From a virus, in the IMG/VR virus record IMGVR_UViG_3300045391_001776: DNA of 57,959 bases. One strand, 5' to 3'. The translations under genes were made by a program, and so were the position numbers. Numbering within the stretch: the first letter of the stretch is position 1; each line of letters starts with the position of its first letter. A model generated the notes under the pieces. The model was not told the DNA's origin. It saw only the letters and a program-made list of their open reading frames with translations, and ran no database searches. Shown here piece by piece: positions 8,101 to 17,037 of the stretch.

Positions 8101-11008
8101 GCCGACTGGTGCCGTCATATCGGCTTTTCTTGCGCGTATCAGCAATGATCCACTTTCCTTCGTCATTTCCCGCGGTGACTTGCATCGTAATAAAGCGGCT
8201 GCGCCAACCAGGCTGTTCGTTCTTGGGTTTCGCGACGCGTGGACCAGAAGGTTCGGCAAGGTCCTTTCGAGCTCCGCCTATCTTCTCGCCGACATCCTCA
8301 ATGCGATCTGCGCCTTCAGTGGTCTGGTCCTTCGCGGTCGACTCGGCTTTGGCTGTTGGTTTGGCAGATCGCAACTCCTTCACGACCTCACCCATGTCCT
8401 TGGCAACATCAGCCATGGCTTTTGCCGCTTTGGTCATCTCCTCGGCGGCCTGGGTTTGAGCGGTTACCGCGGACTGGACTTCGTCAGCAGACGCAGAAAC
8501 GCCCTCTTTCGAGGGCGTTGCTTTTACTTCTGAATCAGTAGTTGTGGACCGGTTGGCATCTTTACTTCGTCCATCAATCTTCGCAATCGGTCGTTCTTCA
8601 ACCGCTGCTCGAGGAGGTACTGTGGACTTAGCACCGTCGACGGTGGCCAAATCGGGTTTCGGCTTTGCAGGAGATTGAGGCGTAGCGGTCTCATCCTTCA
8701 ATTGTACAGTAGCGGCGGCTGGAGAGACAGCTTCGTTAGGTGCGAAAGGCGGCTGAGTGCCGGGAGCGTTCGATTCTGTCTGTGCCTTCGGAGTCGGCAA
8801 TACGGTCAACGGACGCTTGGTGTTTCCCGCCTTCAGCCACAACTTAAACTCGGGCATCGTAAACCGCTTGATGCCGCCAAGACCCTGCCAGCCAGGGGCA
8901 TAGTTAGCACGATACGTGCTCGCGGCTTCCTGATCACTGGCAGCGCCGAGAATGATCTTGTGCTCGTCGAATTTGCCGGTCTTTGGGTCGACCTGGTCTA
9001 CGATGAATACCGGCAGCTTCTCGTCTGCGGCCTTGTCTGTCAGAAAAACATCGAGGTGATCCTTGTCTTTGCCCTGCGTACCTTTAATGTACCCGTAGTG
9101 GTTAGCCAACGGCTGCCACTCCGGACGACGCTTACTGCCTGCAGGATTCTCGATCGCGATATCCAAGCCATTAACTTTGACGTGGCCTTTCTTGTACGTA
9201 CCGGCTTCCTTTTGAGCGTCGGTAGGCTCTGGAACATTGTTCGTTGGAGAGGTAGCGGCTTCGCTCGCAGCCTTTGCAATCTGATCGTTCTTCGCCTTGA
9301 GTTCGGCGTCAACTTGCGCCTGGCGCTCAGCAAGTCCGCGATCTACGGTCGTAGTTTCGATTGTGTCCGCAGGGGATGCGGTTTTGGCAACGGCCGCGGC
9401 GTCTTGCTGCAAGTTGTCCTGATTGGTAACGACGGATGCACTGACAGCGCCTTCCGGTGTACGCGCCTGCACGACGGTACCGTCGGTTTGTTCCTTTGGC
9501 GTAACCGGCTGACCGAACAAAATCTCACCCATCTTTTCAGGGGTGTATTCCGTGGTCGATTTGATTGCTTCAAGCTTCTGAGGATTGGTGGTGAGAACTA
9601 TTCCGGCAGGAGTTTCGACAGCGATTGCGCCCTGCTTCGTGGCAGCGTCAACAAGTTCGTCGCTGACCTGCTCGTCGGTATTCAAGGGTAACAGCACGGA
9701 GTCACGACCTGCACTCGCGTCAAACATCTGCGTGACTTGTGCTTGAAGGTCGCGGACCGGATCCGGAGAAATGGTCGATCGATCGTCTTCAACGGCGGGG
9801 CTTGTATTAACTAGGGGCGGAGAAGGCTGCGCGACGTCTGTTTTAATCGGAAAATCGCCAGCCGGCTCCCATTGTGCATTCTGGCCGGTGGAAGCATTTC
9901 CATCTTCCGCGTGATTTTCCTCCGCCGGTTTGCGTACGTGGGCACGCTTGCCGGCGATGATTGTCGTCAGGAAAGACAGCAAGCTTCCGCTGGTAAATCC
10001 AACACCAGAGTTGTCTCCAGCACCTTCAAAGGTGCCTCGGTTCGGATCGTACTTTACGACTTTGCTGGCAACCAAGTTCTGCGCGATTTGCTGTCCAGCC
10101 TCTTGGATCGACTCTTCCGTACCGCTCTTCAGCGCATTGGCGATGGCGCGCTTAATGGCACCACCGGTTCCCTTATCAACCCGGTCCAGTAGCTTCGTGA
10201 TTGGAAGAGCTTCTGACGTGCCGATGGCGGCGTTGTACCCGCTTGACTCAAGCGCCTGCTCGAGCGTGGCCCCTTTATCGATTGCGTCCTCGAACCCCTG
10301 AGAAGTTCCGGACGCTGCGCCTGTGAGGGCGACACTCTCCGGACCAAACACAAGACCGCTGAGAAGGAATCCGAACGTTGAGCCAACACCCTGCGGGACT
10401 TTCCCGGACCAAAACTCCTGCTGATATTTCGGGTTTTCCTGGATTAACCCGCCCATGAATTCATCGAACGCATTACCGGCTTTATAGAGAGGATTGTCCT
10501 TCGGAGATTCCGTCGACCACTCACCCATCTTTTCCCGAACGTGGCGCTTTTCCTCAGGGCCACCGTGGCGGTACATATTTACGAGGCCACGATAGTGTGG
10601 CGATGCCGAAAAAAGGTTATCCAGTTCCTCCTGGGTAACTTCACCGGAATCGATACGATCTAGCACTGACAACGTGCGGTTTGCCTGGGCGTGTGGAAAT
10701 GACGCAATTGCCATTGACTTTGGCATGTCAGCCAGAACGCCAGAGAACCCGCGAACGAAACCACCGGCAGCTGTTTGCGCGCGTCCAACGCCATTGTCTA
10801 CGGGTGGTTCAGGCTGATTCGGTTCGCCAGAACGATGCAAGCCTAGTTGCTGAGAAGGCAAGGGAACATCAGCAACCGGCGCAAAATCGCCGCCGGCCGA
10901 TTCATTATTGAGAGGAATATCTTGAACCGCTTCCCACGGGTTTGTCGCACTCGGCGTTACAGAAGCGAGCGGCACATCTTCAGCAACTTCCCAGTCTTGG
11001 CCAGCCAT
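2177..11008 (-). CDS. Giant polyvalent virion/ejection protein (2,943 aa): two zincin HExxH modules and a C-terminal PLxRFG-type membrane-active domain
   Basis: Start moved to ATG 11008 (TAATG overlap with the upstream stop). HEWFH at 7505-7519, HEIGNH at 5354-5371, PLARFG at 4172-4189, DKDHLDVF (pyrophosphatase-signature-like) at 9041-9067. Hydrophobic segments near the C-terminus. Last gene of the virion module. Confidence 0.8.
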   Translation of the reverse strand: MAGQDWEVAEDVPLASVTPSATNPWEAVQDIPLNNESAGGDFAPVADVPLPSQQLGLHRSGEPNQPEPPVDNGVGRAQTAAGGFVRGFSGVLADMPKSMAIASFPHAQANRTLSVLDRIDSGEVTQEELDNLFSASPHYRGLVNMYRHGGPEEKRHVREKMGEWSTESPKDNPLYKAGNAFDEFMGGLIQENPKYQQEFWSGKVPQGVGSTFGFLLSGLVFGPESVALTGAASGTSQGFEDAIDKGATLEQALESSGYNAAIGTSEALPITKLLDRVDKGTGGAIKRAIANALKSGTEESIQEAGQQIAQNLVASKVVKYDPNRGTFEGAGDNSGVGFTSGSLLSFLTTIIAGKRAHVRKPAEENHAEDGNASTGQNAQWEPAGDFPIKTDVAQPSPPLVNTSPAVEDDRSTISPDPVRDLQAQVTQMFDASAGRDSVLLPLNTDEQVSDELVDAATKQGAIAVETPAGIVLTTNPQKLEAIKSTTEYTPEKMGEILFGQPVTPKEQTDGTVVQARTPEGAVSASVVTNQDNLQQDAAAVAKTASPADTIETTTVDRGLAERQAQVDAELKAKNDQIAKAASEAATSPTNNVPEPTDAQKEAGTYKKGHVKVNGLDIAIENPAGSKRRPEWQPLANHYGYIKGTQGKDKDHLDVFLTDKAADEKLPVFIVDQVDPKTGKFDEHKIILGAASDQEAASTYRANYAPGWQGLGGIKRFTMPEFKLWLKAGNTKRPLTVLPTPKAQTESNAPGTQPPFAPNEAVSPAAATVQLKDETATPQSPAKPKPDLATVDGAKSTVPPRAAVEERPIAKIDGRSKDANRSTTTDSEVKATPSKEGVSASADEVQSAVTAQTQAAEEMTKAAKAMADVAKDMGEVVKELRSAKPTAKAESTAKDQTTEGADRIEDVGEKIGGARKDLAEPSGPRVAKPKNEQPGWRSRFITMQVTAGNDEGKWIIADTRKKSRYDGTSRRLAGPFDTEAQAEAQIPLVAVSRNHRAVSVENGKWEIWRDVTDRKRVKVVDEQFDSRDDALRYMAKNAAAIAETKTSFGEEILPVPDKVDRTGPVRRKGDVKGEDFRKTFGFRGVEFGNWQNQEERQQVMNHAYDSLADLAEVLGIPELAIGLNGELALAFGARGHGLSGARAHYETDYGVINLTKMKGAGTIGHEWFHALDHYFARQDSKAKTAKVKNSRGDEVFKDQPDSHTFASHGFRVTDSAVRPEVREAYKNLIETMFRKAQKYVEDTKKADSFVATARNDLSEALSKIRHDLAMQKDVKYWKRNNKPASAEQLSEFDTIAEKLIAGELLQTDWRMSEKKTARSMLSARWTNDALEKLSAIYKQVRGRSGFDSTNRNGIFDSLRGYMSRYSERLKMLAEAQSGSERTKSVPTSYAMEARSIDQGRASEYWTSPHEMAARAFQAYVEDKVAESSGKSDFLTFGTKNLAIPTPWGWKRPYPEGKEREAINAAFDKLFDVIDTKETDQGVAMFSRSGRRLTSQDTLASAALEMLSQNEDMFQLPTSDGSNMVDIAADIRPDLKVEELGKEEARKLNPSALRAWLFSFPAKDGETKTAHVVEFPGKEIYLNISEFKEGTAGKDIYHIVSNFAHNTGMSFVGDPYGLSDKALFRRTENMLNTALKFGTTDHIQPHERQLEGDEDLGVLPLKWKVGDDAFNINSLIESVFSNTVRHVPAMANISYNFGKKQFEDSNGDPISDQRFVELASSRGAREAGAGRNTLKRAAVLNTLLSEQDADSRRQILGGVLRQSREQLDPALQGIFYQRKPATGGFSASGDRGEQFDRAQSAARSTGLSVSDARAELVKALGESVVAGLEKAGILNITRTTAGWPAETHRFLEGTERGMYWKNKAYLASDSLKPGEVVPAVLHEIGNHYGLKRMLGDQAYNALQNRISMMRKAGNKEVVEAWDHVAENYGKKEGRVGGLDEGSAQWVEEVIANLTEKQEVTKTSWWRDLVDRVRMFLVRQFGFKNDTLNNMSVDDIKSLVQSSLRHAARSAEKPTFYGGQEQYGFSRAKPVESESKSADNPPKNTSEHAIEQVSLSAYEKASNKASEWSSQLLGALTLKHLADIGAKYLPHIEHYSRTVDRAQARKNDLQSESAQIADAWLKLAKRSRVLSDQLASIMHDTTVEGVDPSKEYVPVDIDESKKKVAILREKMFSRPGDDKTDMMAEIKALSAKVKQERSGERKRKWQEMRSRFNLLPKEYRDMYVQVRDHYQARADELLKALTGRINATDADAGVKKSVIDRLRIEFESRRLDGPYFPLARFGDYWLHVKDYKGAPLFEMYETVNALRTREKELRKEGFDPKVGTKLENPPGQAGANAGFMSDIASMLDKIGGAKAEQVKDDIYQLYLKTLPDLSARKSFIHRKKTKGYSQDAIRAFAHKTFHIGSQLARLENSHQLERLMSEMGDEVKKSSDSVKSGALLNEMQKRHQWVMNPGDSKIANALTGMGFIWYLGVSPAAAAVNLTQNAVTAFPVLSSKFGFARSALNMAKAIPAAFNSQMTSDERKMIEQLEKDGVIDTTNAHDLAGIASSDTSGYNENWRRTMEVASWAFHHAEVFNRVTTSMAAYRMARADGKSHDEAVELARAITWESHFDYSNTNRPRFMQANWQKVVFLFKQYSVNMTYYLARNAYKVLKAETPAARREAATKLFGTLAVTSGIAGAAGLPLYSVIAFVANAIMSTFGDDDEPYDFEDEMYRWLKGQFGADWAKIILRGPANELGADLASRTKLDEMWVRSPDRELEGKAMTQHYIEQLLGPVFGVGINAIAGAQLMGEGHYRRGIEKMVPKVARDLLTSLRFAQEGARTMRGDPMVPEFDPWEIALKATGFTPTKLADRYDEDNRLRNVESRLKKRREQLMDAYWLAYQARDAEGKSDARAAIREWNTKHRSAAISGTDLQASVRSRRSYTKQAAKGVVIGKDYRKEAEEFR

Positions 11009-12243
11009 TACTGCACCTGAACGGGCTGACCGTTCTGGATCGTCCACACCGTGCCATTCTTAAATTTGCGAGCGTGACCTTCTTGAAGCCCTTCAAATGC
11101 CGACAGCGGCGGAACGTTGGCGCTACCAGCGCCTGGCGAGGCCGCCGGAGCTGGAGGCGTTCGGCTGATCGCCGACGGCAGATCCGTGCTGTTGAGACCA
11201 TCCAAGAACGACTTGCCCTGACCGTCGACCGGTGACGGCTTCAGTTTGTCCTGAGCTGCTTTGGCACTGGCCGCTTTCGCAGCTTCCTCACTGCGCATCA
11301 GTCCCAAGCCAGGAGCCTTCGAGAATTGATCGAGAATGTCCCTCGTGCGGGCCTGCGCGCTCTCCCAAGCCTTCTTCTTATAGTTCTCGTAGTTCGGATC
11401 ATCAGGAGTGATGCCACCTTTTTCCAGAGCATCCATTTCGTCGCTATAAAGCTTTCGAGCGGCTTCAACAGGATTGATCTTGGCTGTATCCCGTAGCTCT
11501 GATAGGCGCTGCATCGCCTCCTTCGGGTCGTAACCGAGCTTGTCGGTAAAATAGTCGAGCAACTGCAAGTCTGCACTTTTTCCAGAACTCGCAAGTCCAT
11601 ATCTCTTGTGGCTTTTTGCCGTAGCGTCGATCTCTTCGAGCTTATATTTGTGAGCGCGCTCGGACCGTTGCCGCTCTACTGCATTGGGATCTCCAAGCCT
11701 GGCAGCCGCCGCATCCATACGCTCGATCAAGTCCTTTTTCGAAATCATGTCCCCAATCGCTTCCTGAGTGCTGAAAACATGCACCGGATCGTTCGGGTCA
11801 CTCGATCGATTCTGCGTCCAGGGCGCCACGTACTTGGTACCGTCCTTCTTGGTTACCTCGATCCCGAGCGTGAACTTCTCGCCATTGGAACCAGGAACCG
11901 GAACGATGTGTGAAACACGCTTGCTTGCGATGTCGCTATTTTCGCCGGCGCCTTGATTAATCTCCGCGCCGTGAAGAGTGTTGATGTAGTCAACCAATGC
12001 GGGGTCGTTAAATTTTCCAGCGTCGACGGCCGCTGCGGCATCGTTAATTTTCTGCAACGCGACCTTACGGGTGTTCGCGTCCTTTAAATTCTCAAGCTGC
12101 AAGTCAGCGATTTGTTTGTTGATGGCCGCTAGATCGTCCTGCTGCTTTTCAATGATAGGCGCGCGATCACGGTTTTTTTTCCAGTTATCCAGGGCCATAC
12201 CGGTCTGCAATCCCTGATTCATTCCTTCAATAAAGCTAGGCAT
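11008..12243 (-). CDS. Putative internal virion/ejection protein (411 aa)
   Basis: Lies between the tail genes and the giant virion protein. Coiled-coil, Ala/Lys-rich, no enzymatic motif seen. Confidence 0.45.
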   Translation of the reverse strand: MPSFIEGMNQGLQTGMALDNWKKNRDRAPIIEKQQDDLAAINKQIADLQLENLKDANTRKVALQKINDAAAAVDAGKFNDPALVDYINTLHGAEINQGAGENSDIASKRVSHIVPVPGSNGEKFTLGIEVTKKDGTKYVAPWTQNRSSDPNDPVHVFSTQEAIGDMISKKDLIERMDAAAARLGDPNAVERQRSERAHKYKLEEIDATAKSHKRYGLASSGKSADLQLLDYFTDKLGYDPKEAMQRLSELRDTAKINPVEAARKLYSDEMDALEKGGITPDDPNYENYKKKAWESAQARTRDILDQFSKAPGLGLMRSEEAAKAASAKAAQDKLKPSPVDGQGKSFLDGLNSTDLPSAISRTPPAPAASPGAGSANVPPLSAFEGLQEGHARKFKNGTVWTIQNGQPVQVQ

Positions 12244-12255
12244 GTTGGTTCCCCG

Positions 12256-12942
12256 TTACCATGCGAGATATGCGAGGTAGGCAAGTGAAGCTGCAGTGCC
12301 TACGTCTTGAGTCGTCTGCGCGCGCTCTTGCGCGTCGAGCTGGTCTTGAGCTGCCTTACGCTGCAGACCAAGTTGCGCCGCGGATGCCGCCGATGTCGAC
12401 GCGCCGGCCGCAACGTCTCGACCAGTCTGGATCGTGTTCAACATCATGTTCTCATCTCGATCCATCGCCGCCGTGCGCGTTGCATTCTGCAGGCCGATCT
12501 TCTGGAGACCAGCGCCGGTGTCGAACTTACGGTCCATGGACTCCTGCTGGTCTGCCGTCGGTTTCAGGCCAAGTCTGGCAATACCTCGATCGGTGATCCC
12601 GCGTGCAACGCCGTACTGCGTGTCGACGCTCTTGTCAACATCAACCATCCGCTTATCCATTGCGGCGGCCCGAGCCTCAGGAGTCAAACTTGCGATCTGT
12701 TCCTGCTCAATCGGATAGAAGCGCTTCTTATAGTCTTCCCACGACTCTCTCGTGATCCGCGCATTTAACTTGTCGGCATTGTTGCTGACCTTCTGATTGT
12801 CCTTCGAGTTGAGACCTGCTGGGTCGAAGACGTTTCCTGTTTTACCTCCGTACCCGAGGCCGACGCTGGCCTTAAAAACGTCAGTCGTTCGAGATTCCTT
12901 CGAACGCTTCAGCGGATTAACCTGTTCAGATAGCCAGGACAT
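12256..12942 (-). CDS. Putative internal virion/ejection protein (228 aa)
   Basis: Module position. Ala/Gln/Gly-rich composition typical of podovirus ejection proteins. Confidence 0.4.
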   Translation of the reverse strand: MSWLSEQVNPLKRSKESRTTDVFKASVGLGYGGKTGNVFDPAGLNSKDNQKVSNNADKLNARITRESWEDYKKRFYPIEQEQIASLTPEARAAAMDKRMVDVDKSVDTQYGVARGITDRGIARLGLKPTADQQESMDRKFDTGAGLQKIGLQNATRTAAMDRDENMMLNTIQTGRDVAAGASTSAASAAQLGLQRKAAQDQLDAQERAQTTQDVGTAASLAYLAYLAW

Positions 12943-12953
12943 AGGTGCGTTCC

Positions 12954-13616
12954 TTATGGCTTCGTCGTAACTACTGGAGCGGGGGTGGTCGACTTAGGCT
13001 TACTCATTGCCGTCAACCCGAGGCCAACAACGTTCCCGAGGGTATTTGCACCAGCGGCTGACTCTGCTTGGTCAGCTGTCGCTCGAGCGATGCCGGCGGC
13101 ATTCGCGTTTGCCGCCTCGCGCGTCATACCAGCGGTTCCGGTGGCATCCATACCGCGGCCCAATTTGATCAGGGCGAGTTTCCCTTGCTGTGCTCTGGTC
13201 TCTGCAGAACCAGCTCCGACAACCGCCGCCGTCGAGCGTCCGGCGCCAAGCCCGAGACCACGGTTCACCTGGCCCGTTACCGAAGGAACCTGTGGTGTCT
13301 GCGCATCCACCGCTTGCTGAACAGAAGCAACACCTTTTCCAACAATGTTGGCGCGCTCCCCTTCCGATCCCATCGCCTTGGTGGTCTCGATAAAATCATT
13401 TTCGAGCGGAACATAATTCTTTCGGAAATTGTCCCACTTTTCCGCCGCAATCTTTGCGAGCGCCTTCTCGTTCTCGCTTTCCTTTACTTTCGGCGCATCA
13501 CCGCCCTTGCACAGTGAAACATCTCCGTCGTGATCGTAGCTCTCACATTCGCTACGGACGATATGAAGGTTTCCATCGGCGTCGAACTGAAGTACGACCT
13601 TCGTGTAAATCCGCAT
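12954..13616 (-). CDS. Putative internal virion/ejection protein (220 aa)
   Basis: Module position. Ala/Gly-rich C-terminal half. Confidence 0.4.
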   Translation of the reverse strand: MRIYTKVVLQFDADGNLHIVRSECESYDHDGDVSLCKGGDAPKVKESENEKALAKIAAEKWDNFRKNYVPLENDFIETTKAMGSEGERANIVGKGVASVQQAVDAQTPQVPSVTGQVNRGLGLGAGRSTAAVVGAGSAETRAQQGKLALIKLGRGMDATGTAGMTREAANANAAGIARATADQAESAAGANTLGNVVGLGLTAMSKPKSTTPAPVVTTKP

Positions 13617-13621
13617 GATGG

Positions 13622-14041
13622 TTATTCCTTATCGACAATCTTCGTCATTTCGACATACGACTCTGTGAACCCGTACTTCTTCAAGCGGCGCGCCGCACCT
13701 TTGCGACAGCTCGCTCTGACAATTCTGCATTCGGTTACCCTGGCCCATGCATTAATCGCAGCGTCAATCGCGTCGTCCCATTCCTCTGAATCTGTGCCGG
13801 CAATACAAACAACACGCATGCAATCAAATTGGGGGTATCGGACAACCTCCGTAACCGCAACTGCCTTTATCTCAGAGCCACACGTAGCAGCAAACAACTG
13901 CATGCGCTCATCCAGGAGAAAGTCCAGGATATCCTTCACCGTGAACTCACCGAACATGTGAGGCGTCACGAGATTCAACAGCGCGGAAATATCAGCCCAC
14001 CGGCTATTTATGAACTCCTCATCCGCGGGAAGTATGTTCAT
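13622..14041 (-). CDS. Hypothetical protein, possibly GNAT-fold-like
   Basis: ATGA-coupled to the upstream gene. The C-terminal CRKGAARRLKKYGF resembles the end of GNAT acetyltransferases, but the acetyl-CoA motif A is not evident. Confidence 0.3.
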   Translation of the reverse strand: MNILPADEEFINSRWADISALLNLVTPHMFGEFTVKDILDFLLDERMQLFAATCGSEIKAVAVTEVVRYPQFDCMRVVCIAGTDSEEWDDAIDAAINAWARVTECRIVRASCRKGAARRLKKYGFTESYVEMTKIVDKE

Positions 14042-14499
14042 ACGCGGAAAGCGATACCGTCGATACTCACAATCGGACCGCCAGAAGAGACCCTGACCTC
14101 GCCGGTTTTATAAACATCTACTCGACCGAATCCGGTACTCGTGACGACCGGAAACCAGCCTACGAAAGCCGGCCGATGTCCAATTGGCAACACGAAAGCG
14201 ACGCTCGGAACGACACCGGTGGTGATAACGCCGCGAAGGCGAACGATACCGAGCGCATCCTTGTAGAAGGCCGCATTTGCAACTTCACCGGTACCGTAGT
14301 TGACCCATGAGTTTACGAGTGTCACGTCTTGCCACTGGTTCTGAGTCGACAACTCGTCCAGCGTGACGTACCGTTCCCCCGCTCGGCCAGGGCGACGCCC
14401 GAGAATGATTTCGATACACTCACGAACCGGCTCAAGTACACTGCGTGTCGCGTTATCTGCTACCGCAACCGTGGGTATTGACGGAATTTTCCCCGCCAT
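14038..14499 (-). CDS. Small tail-fibre-tip/receptor-binding-like protein (153 aa)
   Basis: C-terminal pattern W..V.LVNSWVNYG....AAFYKD.LGIVRLRG...LP.GHRP is typical of phage fibre distal domains. TAATG-coupled to the upstream gene. Confidence 0.5.
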   Translation of the reverse strand: MAGKIPSIPTVAVADNATRSVLEPVRECIEIILGRRPGRAGERYVTLDELSTQNQWQDVTLVNSWVNYGTGEVANAAFYKDALGIVRLRGVITTGVVPSVAFVLPIGHRPAFVGWFPVVTSTGFGRVDVYKTGEVRVSSGGPIVSIDGIAFRV

Positions 14500-16538
14500 T
14501 ACGAAAGGTCCGAAAGCGTTGGCGCGAATGCAATCTCGTCGATATCAACATTGCCGGATACCTGAACTTCCCAGTGTCGCGCCCGGTACCCGCCAGGCAC
14601 CCTGAAAGGTTCGCTGCTGGTCACGGATCGTGAATACTTCTCCACGCCATCGCCGAAGATTTTGAACACGCAACTTCTTGCCGATCCGCATTCAATTTGT
14701 TGCTGCAGGTCGTCGCCGGCGACCAATCCTTCACCTACGCCGTACGAGGCGACCTCGCCGCCGACCATGCCGGCAGCTATCGCGGCAGCATTCGCCGCTG
14801 CAATAGCAGCGTTCTCGGCGTTGCACGCCTCGAGTTCCTCGCCAGCTTCTGCAATCTGGCCGAACGATCCGATTACGCGAGCGGCGTTGAACGCTTTCGG
14901 ACCAGAAACGTTGAACTTCTTCGATTTAAACGTGTACGACAGCAGAGCGCTGCTCGCCTGCCACTCCTTAATATGGTTCACGCCGTCAATATCGAACGCC
15001 ATATATAGGCGCCCACGGACCGGATCGGACCATACGCCCGTGGGGAAAATGCCGAGCTGAGTTAGAGACGGCTGGTCGTCGGCGTAGTCCAGAATAAATC
15101 CGGCACCTTCGGCCGCCCCAGTATCACCAACCCCCGTCTGATAGAACCCGACGTACCGCCCCTGATAAATCGCGGCGAAGATGGTGTTAGGAACGAAGTC
15201 TTCCCAGTTGTCAGGATCAATGATGTCGCGGGTGAACACACGGGCACCATTGACGCCTATATTGATGATCCCCTCGTTCGCCGGATAGAACACACCAGTT
15301 TCCGAGCTCGCCATCCCGCGTTTCGAAACACAGGCCCACGGGTGTGGAACCATTACGGAGCTGATAGCAGCGGGGTCCGATCCAGACATCAGGTGCGGAT
15401 TTGCCTCCGTTGCAGCGACAACGGTCGTTCCGAACGCACCAAGCGCGACCACGGTATGATCTACAGCCTGTCGGTATTCGACCGGCCATGCGTGCGGCTG
15501 ATACGGATACGAGAAACACACCTCATTTCCACTGAAACCAACAAGCACGCCATTTGGCAAGGCGATAATTCCCTGCATATCTTCTGGCGGCATATCCCAA
15601 TTCAAACTGGGAATAACTTCTCCAAGGTCAGCGTCAGCCGTTGAATCTGCGTACGTCGTGGTACCGACGGCGAGGCTTGTCAGATATTGAAGCTGAGCGC
15701 CGCTGTCGCTCGTGTTCGCGCGATACAGATACACCGACTGGATGTTGTACTTGCCAAGAGTTGTATCAGCGTCGACCTGATACATAGCCATCGTACCGGT
15801 CGCAGGCGTCGCCGGTGTCCCAGTCACCTGAACGGTAAAGGTATTGGCGTCGATGCGTGTAACTTCGAAGACACCGTTGTACTCGGCCTGTGCAGATCCG
15901 GCAATCATGGTGCGGTCGCCGGTCGCCAAGCCGTGAGAAGCGCATACCACGGTTGCGGTCGTTCCGACGCGGGTAATCGCAATCGTTTTCCCGATGTTGC
16001 TCAGATTCACAGTCTGGCCCGGCATCGCATTTACGATCGCTGAAAGAGGGCTTGGCGCACCTTCTTCCGTAAAGCTGGATACAAGCGTGTAAACGTATGC
16101 AATTGCCCGGACAGTACCGCTACCACCGGCCCCAAGTGCTGCGGAAGGAGCGATCGCCGGCGGCGGAACACCTAAGATGTACGAATCATTCGGATACTCA
16201 AGTCCGCTTCCTGACTTCAGCATCTCCGCATTGGTAATTCTCGGTGCATCCGAATCTGACGTGAAATACAACCGCTCCGCCGTGTCCCCCGCGACGGGGC
16301 CGCGCGTAACATTCACATCCTCGTTCCAATGAAGGTAAAACCCCTCTTTTGAACGATAGAGCGAACGCAGTTCTCCGGTCTTTGCGGGAAGATCCGCTGT
16401 TGCCGAGTCTCGCCACGCGCGTAATGAACCTGAAAATAGATTGCAGTTCTCAGCCGTCTGCGCAAAGTCTCCCGGCAACATGACAGGCGATATCCGCGGC
16501 GCTTCGCCACGGAAGCGTGGAATCTTAATGGCGCCCAT
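14499..16538 (-). CDS. Large tail structural protein (679 aa)
   Basis: Position in the tail module, size, beta-rich composition. Exact role unknown. Confidence 0.5.
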   Translation of the reverse strand: MGAIKIPRFRGEAPRISPVMLPGDFAQTAENCNLFSGSLRAWRDSATADLPAKTGELRSLYRSKEGFYLHWNEDVNVTRGPVAGDTAERLYFTSDSDAPRITNAEMLKSGSGLEYPNDSYILGVPPPAIAPSAALGAGGSGTVRAIAYVYTLVSSFTEEGAPSPLSAIVNAMPGQTVNLSNIGKTIAITRVGTTATVVCASHGLATGDRTMIAGSAQAEYNGVFEVTRIDANTFTVQVTGTPATPATGTMAMYQVDADTTLGKYNIQSVYLYRANTSDSGAQLQYLTSLAVGTTTYADSTADADLGEVIPSLNWDMPPEDMQGIIALPNGVLVGFSGNEVCFSYPYQPHAWPVEYRQAVDHTVVALGAFGTTVVAATEANPHLMSGSDPAAISSVMVPHPWACVSKRGMASSETGVFYPANEGIINIGVNGARVFTRDIIDPDNWEDFVPNTIFAAIYQGRYVGFYQTGVGDTGAAEGAGFILDYADDQPSLTQLGIFPTGVWSDPVRGRLYMAFDIDGVNHIKEWQASSALLSYTFKSKKFNVSGPKAFNAARVIGSFGQIAEAGEELEACNAENAAIAAANAAAIAAGMVGGEVASYGVGEGLVAGDDLQQQIECGSARSCVFKIFGDGVEKYSRSVTSSEPFRVPGGYRARHWEVQVSGNVDIDEIAFAPTLSDLS

Positions 16539-16541
16539 GGG

Positions 16542-17030
16542 TTATATCTTCGGCCATGGCGGTGGCACATCTACCGGCCAATTAGGTACGACAGCAAGAA
16601 TCCCAACCACCGTTACAGCGCCGTTGATCTGGGTCTCGGCCGCGAGACTTGCGGCCCTTACTCGATCAACCCAGTTCCCAACGGCGAGCAGAGTCGTTTC
16701 TTCCTCCGCTTCTTCGGGCGTGAGCCCGCCATTCACGAGTCGCAGGCGAACCAACTCCGTCGCGCGCTTCTGCATGTTTCCCTGCTTGCCATCAACAATG
16801 CCATAGTATCCAAGGATAATGCGGCTCGCGTCTGCCTTCACCCTAGCAATTGCGTTGGCACGATAAATTTGAACGCGCTTTGCAATGTAAATGTCGTCCT
16901 CGTTTATGAACGTTTCTTCTGTAACGTCCTTGAACGAATTGTCCGCAAGAATTGCGTCGGCGAGACGATCTTCAACATAGAAACATCGGCGGACTTTTCC
17001 ATTTACGCCAACCTCAGCGATTCGTTTCAT
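16542..17030 (-). CDS. Tail-associated hypothetical protein (162 aa)
   Basis: Lies between two large tail genes. No motif recognised. Confidence 0.4.
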   Translation of the reverse strand: MKRIAEVGVNGKVRRCFYVEDRLADAILADNSFKDVTEETFINEDDIYIAKRVQIYRANAIARVKADASRIILGYYGIVDGKQGNMQKRATELVRLRLVNGGLTPEEAEEETTLLAVGNWVDRVRAASLAAETQINGAVTVVGILAVVPNWPVDVPPPWPKI

Positions 17031-17037
17031 ATCGCCT

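Noticed and set aside
7388-9691. Long plus-strand ORFs (7388..8098, 7746..8459, 8675..9691 and many others between 2.2 and 11 kb) antisense to the giant gene
   Set aside because: They are shadow ORFs of a GC-rich 8.8-kb coding region. Their products are Arg/Ser/Leu-rich low-complexity sequences with no start context or motifs.
2177-11008. Giant ORF as an N4-like virion RNA polymerase
   Set aside because: No single-subunit RNAP motifs seen. It instead carries two HExxH zincin motifs and a PLxRFG-type C-terminal domain, typical of polyvalent ejected proteins.
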